Positions 36,091 to 45,500 of a DNA stretch of 64,000 bases are shown one piece after another. Origin of the DNA: a virus (lineage: Duplodnaviria > Caudoviricetes). The stretch is taken from IMG/VR virus record IMGVR_UViG_3300035517_000038, positions 1-64,000 of that record; one strand, 5' to 3'. The notes beneath the pieces were generated by a model, which did not search any database, was not told the DNA's origin, and worked only from the letters and a program-made list of their open reading frames with translations. Position 1 is the stretch's first letter. Every line of letters starts with the position of its first letter. Made by a program: the position numbers and the translations under genes.

Positions 36091-37588
36091 TATATTTAGT
36101 AACTAATTCACAAACACTATTTAAATCAGACTTATATGAAGTTATTTCTGTAGAAAAAGCATTAGATATACTAGATTCTAAAGAACTTTGGCAATTAGAT
36201 ACTGAAACTAATGGTAGAAATTGCCATATATGCAAGCTATTATGCGTACAATTTGGTAATAAATCTATAGATACTCAAATAGTAGTAGACTGTGAAACTA
36301 TAGATATTAAGCTATTTAAGAGCATCTTGGAAAGTAAATTCTTTGTACTACAAAATGCAAAGTTTGATTTACAGTTCTTCTATTCAATAGGTATTATCCC
36401 TAGAAGAGTCTATGATACTATGATTGTAGAGCAGCTTATATATCTAGGATACCCAACTAAAAAAGAAGACCCTTATAATGGTATCTCTTACAGCTTGAAA
36501 GATATTGCAGATAGAAGATTGGGAGTAGAGATTGATAAATCTGTCAGAGGGGAGATTACTTGGAGAGGTCTTGATGATGTTGTTATAGAGTATGCTGCTA
36601 ATGATGTAGTATATTTGGAGGATATTATGCACTCTCAAATGCAAGAGTGTAAAGAGAAGGGATTAGTGATAGCTGCTAAATTAGAATGTGAATTTACGCC
36701 AGCTATTGCATATTTAGAGTGGTGTGGGATTAAGTTGGATGAGAAAAAGTGGAAAGCTAAAATGTGGAATGATACTCTGGAAAAAGAGAAAGCACAGAAG
36801 GAGCTTGAAGCTTTTATTATAGAGTGTTCTGAAAAAGGTTATAAGAAAATACCAGCTGACTCATTCAAAAAATATGTATATGTAAATTTACAAGGAAGTT
36901 TATTTGATGGCTTTGATACCACTCCTAAAGTAAATATTAACTGGTCTAGTCCTAAGCAGGTTATTGAACTTGCTAAATTGCTTGGCTTTAATACTGTGAC
37001 TCAGGATAAGAAATCAGGAGAAGATAAAGATTCAGTAGTGGAGAAATTATTAGGCAAACAGAAAACTGTGTGTCCTGAATTTCTTAAACACTATTTCAAT
37101 TTTAAAGAGCATGAAAAAGTTTGTGCCACTTATGGACAATCTTATTTAGATGCTATAAATCCTATTACAGGTAGAATACACTCTCAATTTAGAGCTATTG
37201 GTACTAAATCAGGAAGAATGGCTTGTGGTTCTAATTCCCAAGATACAGACCTAGCTAAATTAAAAGGAATAAAAGACAAAAAGAGGTGTGTATATGTACA
37301 ATTGCAGAATCTACCTGCTGATGATGCTACTAGAGGAGCCTTTGTACCAGAGGATGGGAATTTAATGTGTTCCTGCGACTTTAGCGCCCTTGAGAGTCGC
37401 TTGGGTGCAGATATTTACAATGAACAAGCTATGCTTGATGAATTTTTACATGGTGGTGGAGATATGCACTCTCTATGTGCTAAGATGGTATTTTCTAAAG
37501 AGTTAGAAGGTATAGAAGTAAAAGATGTTAAGCATGAAAGACCGGATTTAAGAAAGAAAGTTAAATCTGTGGAGTTTGCAAAGCAGTT
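36087..37588 (+). CDS. polA: DNA polymerase family A, exon 1
   Basis: 3'-5' exonuclease motifs LDTET, NAKFD, YAAND; polymerase motif A CDFSALESR; motif B RKKVKSVEFAKQF is interrupted. Confidence 0.92.
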
Positions 37589-37610
37589 TGATTAATATTT
37601 TACTAAATTA

Positions 37611-37642
37611 CTTGTATAATTCAAATATTTATTATAATTTTG
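37611..37642 (+). promoter_or_regulatory. Intron-internal Bacteroidetes-type promoter
   Basis: CTTG-N20-TAATTTTG, ending 20 nt upstream of the endonuclease ATG. Confidence 0.65.
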
Positions 37643-37662
37643 TGTGTAAATATAAAAAAAAT

Positions 37663-38412
37663 ATGGATACAGAAAATTTAAAAATAGATTATTTGAAAGG
37701 ATGTTCTATTAAAGAACTACAAGAGAAATATAAATTTAAAGGTGTAGGTACTTTGTATTATTATCTAAAGAAATTAGGTATTAATAATAGAGGCAAAATC
37801 AAACACTATGAAAATCCTTTTCTGAAAGAATCTAAAGAAAGAGATTATTGGTTAGGTTGGATATTCAGTGATGGTTGTGTAGTAAATACACCTAGAAATA
37901 AATTTGTGTACTTAGCTTGTTTGGATTTTGATATACTATTAAAATTTAAAGAGTTTTGTGGAGATAGAGCAAAACTTAATAAGTTTGAATATATTACTCC
38001 CGTTTCTAAAGAAAAAAGAGTAATGTATAAAGTAGTAATCAATTCTACAGAACTTGTACAATATTTTAGTGAAATACACCACATCTCTGGAAATAAGGCT
38101 AGTACCTTAAACCCTGATATAGAAATTAATTGGGACTTATTAAGAGGTGCTCTTGATGGTGATGGTTCCTTTAAAAAGGGTGTAGTATTAACTAGTAATA
38201 GTAAACAATGGATATATAAAGTATCTGAATTTTATAATTCCTATAATATACATTATACTATAGTAAAAGACACTGCTTATAGATTAGGGGTTTATAAAAA
38301 AGAGGATATTAGAAAAATCTATAAATACTTGTATAGTAATACTAATTTATATCTAGCTAGAAAAGAAAGAGACTTATACAGACTGGCTAAAGAGGAATCT
38401 TTAGAAAAATAG
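37663..38412 (+). CDS. Intron-encoded LAGLIDADG homing endonuclease with N-terminal HTH
   Basis: Two motifs, YWLGWIFSDG and LLRGALDGDG; ATG at 37663. Confidence 0.85.
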   Translation: MDTENLKIDYLKGCSIKELQEKYKFKGVGTLYYYLKKLGINNRGKIKHYENPFLKESKERDYWLGWIFSDGCVVNTPRNKFVYLACLDFDILLKFKEFCGDRAKLNKFEYITPVSKEKRVMYKVVINSTELVQYFSEIHHISGNKASTLNPDIEINWDLLRGALDGDGSFKKGVVLTSNSKQWIYKVSEFYNSYNIHYTIVKDTAYRLGVYKKEDIRKIYKYLYSNTNLYLARKERDLYRLAKEESLEK

Positions 38413-38631
38413 ATTGGGTGAATTGCTGGAAAGCTAAGTAGTAATATATGCTAATCAGCAGCCAAGCACACCTTTAACAAAGTGTGAAGGTTCAGAGACT
38501 AATAGTTGAAACTCAGGAATGAGAATATAATACTAACACGAGTGCCCAACACCTAGAACAGGTGAAGATATAGTCCGATACTCTTTAGAAATAAAGAGAA
38601 TTAAAGATTAAATACTTTAATGTAACAATTG

Positions 38632-39262
38632 TGGAGGCTCTAGTAAGGCAATATCAGAATCTTTAGGTTGTAGTGTGGAAGAAGCAGATGTATTCTCTAA
38701 AGCTTATGATGAGGGTTTTAAAGGTGTAACTGCTTTCGCAAAAGAAGGTTCTAAGAATGTGCGTAAAAATGGTTATGTTCTTATTTGCAAATATACAGGA
38801 CATAAGATGTGGTGGTGGGACCACAATGAATGGTTAAAAAGGCAGAAGAGTTTTACTACCGAGTTTTGGGATAAATATAGAACCATTAAACAAGAATGGA
38901 GCTCTAAACCTCATTCTCCTCTTGAATCTCCCCCTAAAGAATTATCTCTAGTTAGGTATCATTTTGCTGCTGCTAGTAAATGGGATAGAATGGCACTCAA
39001 TGCCCCAACGCAAGGCTCAGGCATTATAATTTTGAAAGATGCTATGATTCAGCTATTTAACTATATTGTAGAGAATAATTATTTTGGTGTGATTAAACTC
39101 TGTGATTTAGTTCATGATGAAGCAGTAATAGAATGTCCTAAAGATATGATGTCTTGGGTACACCCAATGCTGGAAAAGATGATGCTTGATTCTGCGGCTA
39201 AATATTGTAAAGCTCTTCCAATACCAGCAGTAGGAGAAGTAGGAGACCATTGGATTCATTAA
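38632..39262 (+). CDS. polA: DNA polymerase family A, exon 2
   Basis: RMALNAPTQGSG and motif C LVHDE. Confidence 0.92.
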
Positions 39263-39275
39263 AAATTCTTAAATT

Positions 39276-39307
39276 ATTCATCTATTAAATTATTTTATAT
39301 AACTTTG
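39276..39307 (+). promoter_or_regulatory. Possible Bacteroidetes-type promoter
   Basis: -7 element TAACTTTG; the -33 position is a weak match (ATTC). Confidence 0.45.
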
Positions 39308-39454
39308 TATGAGTTTCGTAAAACCATTAAAAGTTAGTGATTCACTGACTATAGATACAGTTACTATTAGTAAAGATTATTATGATTACTTACTAAGATG
39401 TGACTCTTATATAACAAAACATAAAATTAAAATTAAACAACCCAAAATAAAATT

Positions 39455-39961
39455 ATGATAACAAATAATAATATTAGAACATACAGAGCCACTAAGGTTA
39501 TGTATGTTAATAATCAAGTATTTATGAAGCCTTCGGATATTGTAACTGTTTATCCTGAAGGTACTGTTATTAACCACACAACTGCCAAAATTGCAAAAGA
39601 TGATGGAGAATGTCGAAGGTTATTACTTACAGGTGACTGGGCAGATGCTTTATATGAGTATGCACCTATGGTTGTTGACAAAGAAAAAATAAAAACTACT
39701 ACTCAAGTAGAGGATAAGGTTAATAAGCCCAGTCACTATACTTGGTTAGCAGATGCTTTGAAGAAAAGGTTTAAAGTAGATATTAATCCTATTCATATTA
39801 TAGAATTGTTCAACTTTAATCGTGGTAACATTCTTAAATATACTGTTAGAGCAGGCTATAAAAAGGAAGAAGGCTATGATGATAAAGAGAAAGAAATTGA
39901 AGACTTGAAAAAGGTTATATTTTACGCTAATCAAGAAATAGAAAGGATAACAAATGGCTAG
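39455..39961 (+). CDS. DUF3310-family protein
   Basis: DKVNKPSHY...FNRGNILKY..RAG.K...EDLKKVIFY. Confidence 0.8.
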   Translation: MITNNNIRTYRATKVMYVNNQVFMKPSDIVTVYPEGTVINHTTAKIAKDDGECRRLLLTGDWADALYEYAPMVVDKEKIKTTTQVEDKVNKPSHYTWLADALKKRFKVDINPIHIIELFNFNRGNILKYTVRAGYKKEEGYDDKEKEIEDLKKVIFYANQEIERITNG

Positions 39962-40124
39962 ATATGCTATATGCAGTAATTGTGACAGGCTCTATAGATA
40001 TGAGCCTGTTACTACAATGGAGTATGGTAATACTATCACTACTGTAAAGTGTGAACATTGTGGTTTTGAAGTTAAAACTACTAGAAGCCATATGCATGAG
40101 GGTTCAGACTCTCTTGGAAAATAA
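39954..40124 (+). CDS. Small Zn-ribbon protein (56 aa)
   Basis: Hand-translated MARYAICSNC...KCEHCGF... Confidence 0.6.
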   Translation: MARYAICSNCDRLYRYEPVTTMEYGNTITTVKCEHCGFEVKTTRSHMHEGSDSLGK

Positions 40125-40154
40125 TCAATCTTAATTAACTATTCACCGATAAAA

Positions 40155-40403
40155 ATGAAGAAACTACTTAAATTTGAAGCCTCATGGTGCAATCCCTGCA
40201 AGGCTATGGACAGTGTGTTAGAACAAGTGAAAGACCTCTTTGAGATTACTCATATAGATATAGAAGAAGAGGATTCTCATGAGCTGGTATTAGCTTATAG
40301 AATTATGTCAGTGCCCACTATTATCATTCTTGATGAAGTAGGTGATGTAGATGCTCGTGTGGTTGGTACTTGCACTGTTGAACATTTAAAAGGATTAGCA
40401 TGA
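40155..40403 (+). CDS. Thioredoxin-like protein
   Basis: WCNPC active site; cis-Pro motif SVPT. Confidence 0.88.
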   Translation: MKKLLKFEASWCNPCKAMDSVLEQVKDLFEITHIDIEEEDSHELVLAYRIMSVPTIIILDEVGDVDARVVGTCTVEHLKGLA

Positions 40404-40579
40404 GTAATAAAGCACAATATCTGTTTGAAGTACAGAAAGCTATTAATGAAGCTATAAGTATTTACACCTGCTATAGAAATGAAAGTGCAGGATTAATTAA
40501 TACAAAGACTTTAGAAAAGCTTAGAAAAATTAAAGATACTATTGTCAAAGAACAGAATAAAGCATCTAAATTAAAATGA
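40400..40579 (+). CDS. Small hypothetical protein (59 aa)
   Basis: ATGA overlaps on both sides; MSNKAQYLFEVQKAINEA... Confidence 0.55.
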   Translation: MSNKAQYLFEVQKAINEAISIYTCYRNESAGLINTKTLEKLRKIKDTIVKEQNKASKLK

Positions 40580-40788
40580 AGAATAGAAAAGAACATAAAG
40601 ATTTGTATAAAGTCTGCTACTCCAGTAAGGATGGTCAGATTGCAGATAAGGTTATAAAGCATATAACAACCAATAATATACAGGAGGCTGCTAAATTAGC
40701 GGAAGAACTGCTTCCTAAGAATTGTGGTTGGGTTTCTAAAATAGAGTTCGAGAAACAGGTAGTGACCTATCATTATGAATTTTCATAA
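40576..40788 (+). CDS. Hypothetical protein
   Basis: ORF track, 70 aa. Confidence 0.6.
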   Translation: MKNRKEHKDLYKVCYSSKDGQIADKVIKHITTNNIQEAAKLAEELLPKNCGWVSKIEFEKQVVTYHYEFS

Positions 40789-40797
40789 AATAAAGAG

Positions 40798-41091
40798 ATG
40801 AATATAGAAGATATTATTAGAGATATTAACTCTGAGAAATTTGTAGATATTTATGACGCTAGTAATTATCTGGAAAATGAATATCTTGGCAAACGTGTAG
40901 CAATAAATTTAGATGTAGATAAACATAGGTGGTATGAACTTTCTACAACAGTATATGCAATAGATGACATTTATATAGGCTTACGAGGAATTTCTGATAT
41001 TTATTCAGAAACTATGGATTATGATGGCTTAGACTATGTAAAAGCATTTGAAATGGAACCTGTACAATCAATCACTTATAAAGCAAAATGA
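40798..41091 (+). CDS. Hypothetical phage protein
   Basis: VDKHRWYELSTTVY motif. Confidence 0.65.
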   Translation: MNIEDIIRDINSEKFVDIYDASNYLENEYLGKRVAINLDVDKHRWYELSTTVYAIDDIYIGLRGISDIYSETMDYDGLDYVKAFEMEPVQSITYKAK

Positions 41092-41939
41092 AGATAGTAA
41101 ATCCGGAAATTAGAGCTGTACTCCAAAAATCTGGTTTACAGGGTATGTATGAACAAATAGAGAGAGCTGCTAGAGTTTGCTATAAATCAGAAGGTCTTAC
41201 TAAGTATGATGAAAATGGCAACTCTACTACAGCTGAGGAGTTTGTAAATAAGATAGTCAATGTCTACAAGCATAGGTCTGTGGCAGAGCATGGTACTATA
41301 TACCTTAAGATGCATAGCTATAATCAGATTGTACAAGCCTACATGAACAACCCCTATAGCAGAGTAGTAGAAATTGGGGATTTCTCTAATATATCTAAAT
41401 ATTATGAACGTACTTATTATATAACTACTAACTATAGAGTCATAGTAGAACATGGTTGGTATGATGACCTTAAATATATGTGCGAGCCTACAGAATATCA
41501 TGTACGTAGGCAAACTTATAAGATTATAGCCCAAATATCTATCACTAGAGAGCTTAATAGGCACAGATGCTCTTCTATCTCAGAAATGAGTACTCGCTAT
41601 TGCGATTTCTCACAAGATAAATTTGATAAAGAGTTATCATTTTGTAAGCCTGTATGGTGGAATGAGAATAATTTAAACCAAAATTGTACAGATAAATGGT
41701 CTAAAGAAGATTGGTTTATGTATTCTTGTAAGGCATCTGAGACTGCTTATTTAAATATGAGAGAATTAGGTGCTACTCCTGAAGAAGCAAGAGAAGTTCT
41801 TTTGCTTGATACTATGACAGAGGCTTATTATACAGCTTTTGAAGATGATTGGAAAACTATTGTTAGTATGCGCACAGCACCTACTGCACATCCTAATATG
41901 GTAGCAATATTAAACGGAATTAAACATTTATATCAATGA
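41088..41939 (+). CDS. thyX: Flavin-dependent thymidylate synthase
   Basis: AARVCYKS, HRSVAEH, RELNRHR..SISEMSTRY, PEEAR.VL, AHP. Confidence 0.9.
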   Translation: MKIVNPEIRAVLQKSGLQGMYEQIERAARVCYKSEGLTKYDENGNSTTAEEFVNKIVNVYKHRSVAEHGTIYLKMHSYNQIVQAYMNNPYSRVVEIGDFSNISKYYERTYYITTNYRVIVEHGWYDDLKYMCEPTEYHVRRQTYKIIAQISITRELNRHRCSSISEMSTRYCDFSQDKFDKELSFCKPVWWNENNLNQNCTDKWSKEDWFMYSCKASETAYLNMRELGATPEEAREVLLLDTMTEAYYTAFEDDWKTIVSMRTAPTAHPNMVAILNGIKHLYQ

Positions 41940-42292
41940 GTTTAGATATTTATCTTTTAAAAAGGAAAGTAGAAGCAGATTCTGCAGAACTTCTTTCACC
42001 TGATGATGTCCTTTATGAGGCAAACATAACCCATAATCTGGGTAAAATGGCTACAGAACTTGATATTTACCAAGTTCTTTGGCGCATGGAAGAAACTGAT
42101 GTACTACAAGCTAAAGACCTATATCCCTATATTAGGAAAGCTATCATAGAAATGATAACCTATCCTGAATACTATAAAAAGTTTGATAGTGATAATGGTT
42201 GGGGTACATTCAAAGACTTTCTTCCCTGGCTGAGTAAATTAATAGTAGCATTAGACCAATATCCTGAATCATATTTAGCAACATCAAGATGA
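41936..42292 (+). CDS. Conserved phage hypothetical protein
   Basis: MSLDIYL...NITHNLGKMA...NGWGT motif. Confidence 0.7.
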   Translation: MSLDIYLLKRKVEADSAELLSPDDVLYEANITHNLGKMATELDIYQVLWRMEETDVLQAKDLYPYIRKAIIEMITYPEYYKKFDSDNGWGTFKDFLPWLSKLIVALDQYPESYLATSR

Positions 42293-42429
42293 CTGTAACA
42301 ATAACTTGTCCTTTTTGTGATATTACTATGGATTTAGACCCATATGAACACAAACGCTGCCCTAATTGTGGGCATAACATAGAGTCTCTTCTAGATGAGG
42401 AGGCTATTCTAGAATTTCTAGAGGAGTAA
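42289..42429 (+). CDS. Small Zn-ribbon protein (46 aa)
   Basis: Hand-translated MTVTITCPFC...RCPNCG... Confidence 0.6.
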   Translation: MTVTITCPFCDITMDLDPYEHKRCPNCGHNIESLLDEEAILEFLEE

Positions 42430-42433
42430 CTTT

Positions 42434-42478
42434 TAAGGGGAATCTTAGGCGAAAGCTTAGGGTTCCCCTTATTTTTTT
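42434..42478 (+). terminator. Intrinsic terminator ending the replication block
   Basis: TAAGGGGAATCTTAGGC-GAAA-GCTTAGGGTTCCCCTTA followed by TTTTTTT. Confidence 0.85.
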
Positions 42479-42497
42479 ACAGGAATACATTTATATA

Positions 42498-42529
42498 GTT
42501 GGTTATCAATATTATTTTACTTATCTTTG
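42498..42529 (+). promoter_or_regulatory. Bacteroidetes-type promoter for the virion RNAP operon
   Basis: GTTG-N20-TATCTTTG. Confidence 0.75.
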
Positions 42530-42559
42530 TAAAAGAATTTATTTAATTATTTACTAAAT

Positions 42560-45500
42560 ATGTCTAAAATATATTGTTTATTCCCAACTCCTGATATTAT
42601 CCAGTTGGGTAAATCAGTAGGTATTACACAACCTGTAATAGCTGCTAATACAATAGCAGCTTGGCAAACTAAGAATAGTCAGCCTGGTGTACTACCTTCA
42701 TTAACACAATTGAGTGATTATATGAAAGACTCTGCTAAAGAAAGAGAAGCTCTTGCATATGCTTTACCTTTCTATGAAGAGAATACTTCAGAAGATAGTA
42801 GGGGAGGCTCTGTAGATATTCAAGTAGGAGAAAATGGTCTTGTTACAATGTCTCTTGCTAAATTTAAGCCTGGGCAGAATATAGATGACTGGATAGATTC
42901 CTTTGGTTTATTTAGTACATCAGATAAAATAGCTATTGTAGATGAGGAAAGTGCTTATGCCTATACTTTATTTCTTAATAAAGAAATAGTGCAAAGAGGT
43001 TTGGATAAAGGTATTTTATTTAGAGATGCTAAAAATCCAAACTCTGAATTAAAAGCTATACATAATAGAGCTATTACTAGATTAAATAAATATAATGAAG
43101 AGGTTAGAAAAATAGGCATAATAGCTAAAGATAATAGAACTAAGCAAGTACAAGAAAGAGAATCTTTATTAGATATAGTTAATGGTAAAGGTCAAAACCA
43201 AGATGTATCTGACAATAGTAATGAAACTATAGATATATGGTCTAACCAAGGAAACGCACAAGATTTAAGTAATATGGCCCCTAGGCCTTTTGTTCATGCT
43301 TTTAGAGGGCAAGAGATGAAATTTGATAATGTAGAAAAAGCTTTCCACTTTGCAAAAATGGAGGGACTGCTTTCTACATTGGAGAATCTAATGTCTAGCA
43401 CTCAAAATGAGGACATAAAGAAAGCTTGTGCTAAAGCTATTGAAGAAGTTAGAGCAAAGATGGTTAAAATCCGTGATGCTAAAAATGGCTATAAAGCAAG
43501 AGAATATGGTAATGAAAGAATTACTAGTGAGAATAGAGATGTTAATATCGCTATAACAGATTATTTTGCTCAAGTATGGAATAAAGGCAAGGCTAGAGAG
43601 AATCACTTTAATCTAATGCGAGAATCTTTTTTGCAAAATCCTACAGCCGCACAAAGATTGGTCAACACTGGTAATGCTAAACTTACTCATGATTTAGGAC
43701 AAAATTGGGCAGTGCCTTTTGCTGAAGATATTACAAAAATTAGAGAAGAGCTTAAACAATTATATAAAACACAAAGCCAGCAGCATATAGAAGCTTTAAA
43801 TAAATTAAGCTCTACAGGGATGGTAGCTACTGGCACCAAGAGTCCTATTAGAGGAGCTTCTCATGTTAAGGATATTACAGAAAGAAAACAAACTAAATAC
43901 AGCAGATTAGCAGCTGCTTTTACCCCTCAGCAATTAACTGCTAGATATGAAAAAATTGCTAGAGATTTTAGTCAGAAGGTTTCTGATAAAGTAGAAGAAC
44001 TTATAGCAGAAACAGAGGAGAAGGTACAAAGTGGAGATATAAATGAAGCTTTGCAAGCAAATGCTACACTTAAAATGCTTAAAGACCCTGTTCAAGGTAG
44101 AAGAATAGCTATTGAGAAATTAACCTTTAATGCTATATATAAGGAACTCATGCAGGATTATAAGGATATGCTGGAAATGGCTAAAGAAGATAATAATGCA
44201 GAGTTAGTTCAAAAATATCAAGATATAGTAGATAACTTTGAAGCTCTCTTTGACAATGCTTGTGTTATTATTGAGAAACTTGAGAACCTCAGAATTACTA
44301 CACAAGATGTTGTTGAGCATACTGGTAATGAGAAAGTAAATGCAATTGCTGCTGCTATAGAAGAGGCTACTGCAGAAAAACAATTAGAGGAAGATGATAA
44401 CTCAGATGATGAAAGCGGTAATAGAGCTACTGGTAATGATGGTTGGTCTTATAAAGCTAAGTTTGTAGACCCTTATGACTCTATCAGTGCTAAGACTAAA
44501 GCAGCTCTTACAGACATTAAGAGAGTTATATTTGATGGAGTAGATGAAGATGGTAATGTAAAAACTACAGAAGTCTATGATGACTTAGGAGAAGTAAGAT
44601 ACTATGACAACACTTACATACATGGTGTTCTCCTACATGAGTTATCTGGTATTATCACTCCTTCAGAATATATGATTAGGGATAAAGAAACTGGGGAGGT
44701 GTCATTCCCAGCTTTAGAAAAATTATCCTCTAAATATCCTTGGGTATCTCAGGTTATTGATAAACTTAAGGCTGATGAAACTCTGGCATCTACTTTCTAT
44801 AATGACCTTAGAAAAGAGAGAACGGACTTTTGGAAACATAAAGTTGTAAAGGTAGCTAGAAAAGATGGGGGTTTTGATTATATATGGCAAACAATGTCCA
44901 TTAATAATTCTGTAACTCAGGATTCTGTAATTGATACTATTCTTCAAAACTTTGACTCTGGTAATGTTTTAACAACTCTGAGTTTATATAATACAACAGG
45001 AGAAATAAACACAGAGAATATAGATGAAATTCTTAAAATAGCTGCGGCATTAGAAAATGATGCCTCATCTACAGAAGATACAGAAGATTTACTAGAACTT
45101 TTAGATACTTTTAAAAATCTTATGGCTTCTATAGGAGTAGAAATAGACAATGCTTATGCATATGCTATTATACAGGATAAAGTTCTTTTTCCTGAGGTTA
45201 TGGAAGCATTTAAGGATTTAATAAAAGAAGCTAAAGAATGGAAAAAAGGAAAGCATTTCCCGACTACTGCTCTAAAGCTATTTAAAAATTTTACTGATAA
45301 ATTAGGTTATGTGGAAGATAATGTACCTGCATTATCTACTAGAGAAGGTGATAAAAGTTTACCAACATATTCTGCCCCTAATTATTTAGAAACTATCTTT
45401 AAAAGACTAAAGAGTGATGAAGTAAGATTATCTACATTAGCAGAAGAATTTATGAAATATGATTTCTTCTACGATAAAGAGAATAAGAAGTGGAAATCAG

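Larger units (their letters stand above)
37589..38631 (+). mobile_element. Group I intron in polA motif B
   Basis: Exon end CAGUU pairs with GACUG at 38381-38385; core GAATTGCTGGAAA...AATCAGCAG...GTTCAGAGACTA...GGTGAAGATATAGTCC; terminal G at 38631; splice TT|T restores AKQF-GGSSKAIS in frame. Confidence 0.9.

Noticed and set aside
31585-39262. nrdJ and polA as broken pseudogenes or frameshifts
   Set aside because: The interruptions are fully explained by group I introns whose removal restores conserved motifs in frame.
39309-39458. 49-aa ORF upstream of DUF3310
   Set aside because: Its ATG lies only 1 nt after the putative -7 element and it has no recognisable motif; it could be real but is unsupported.
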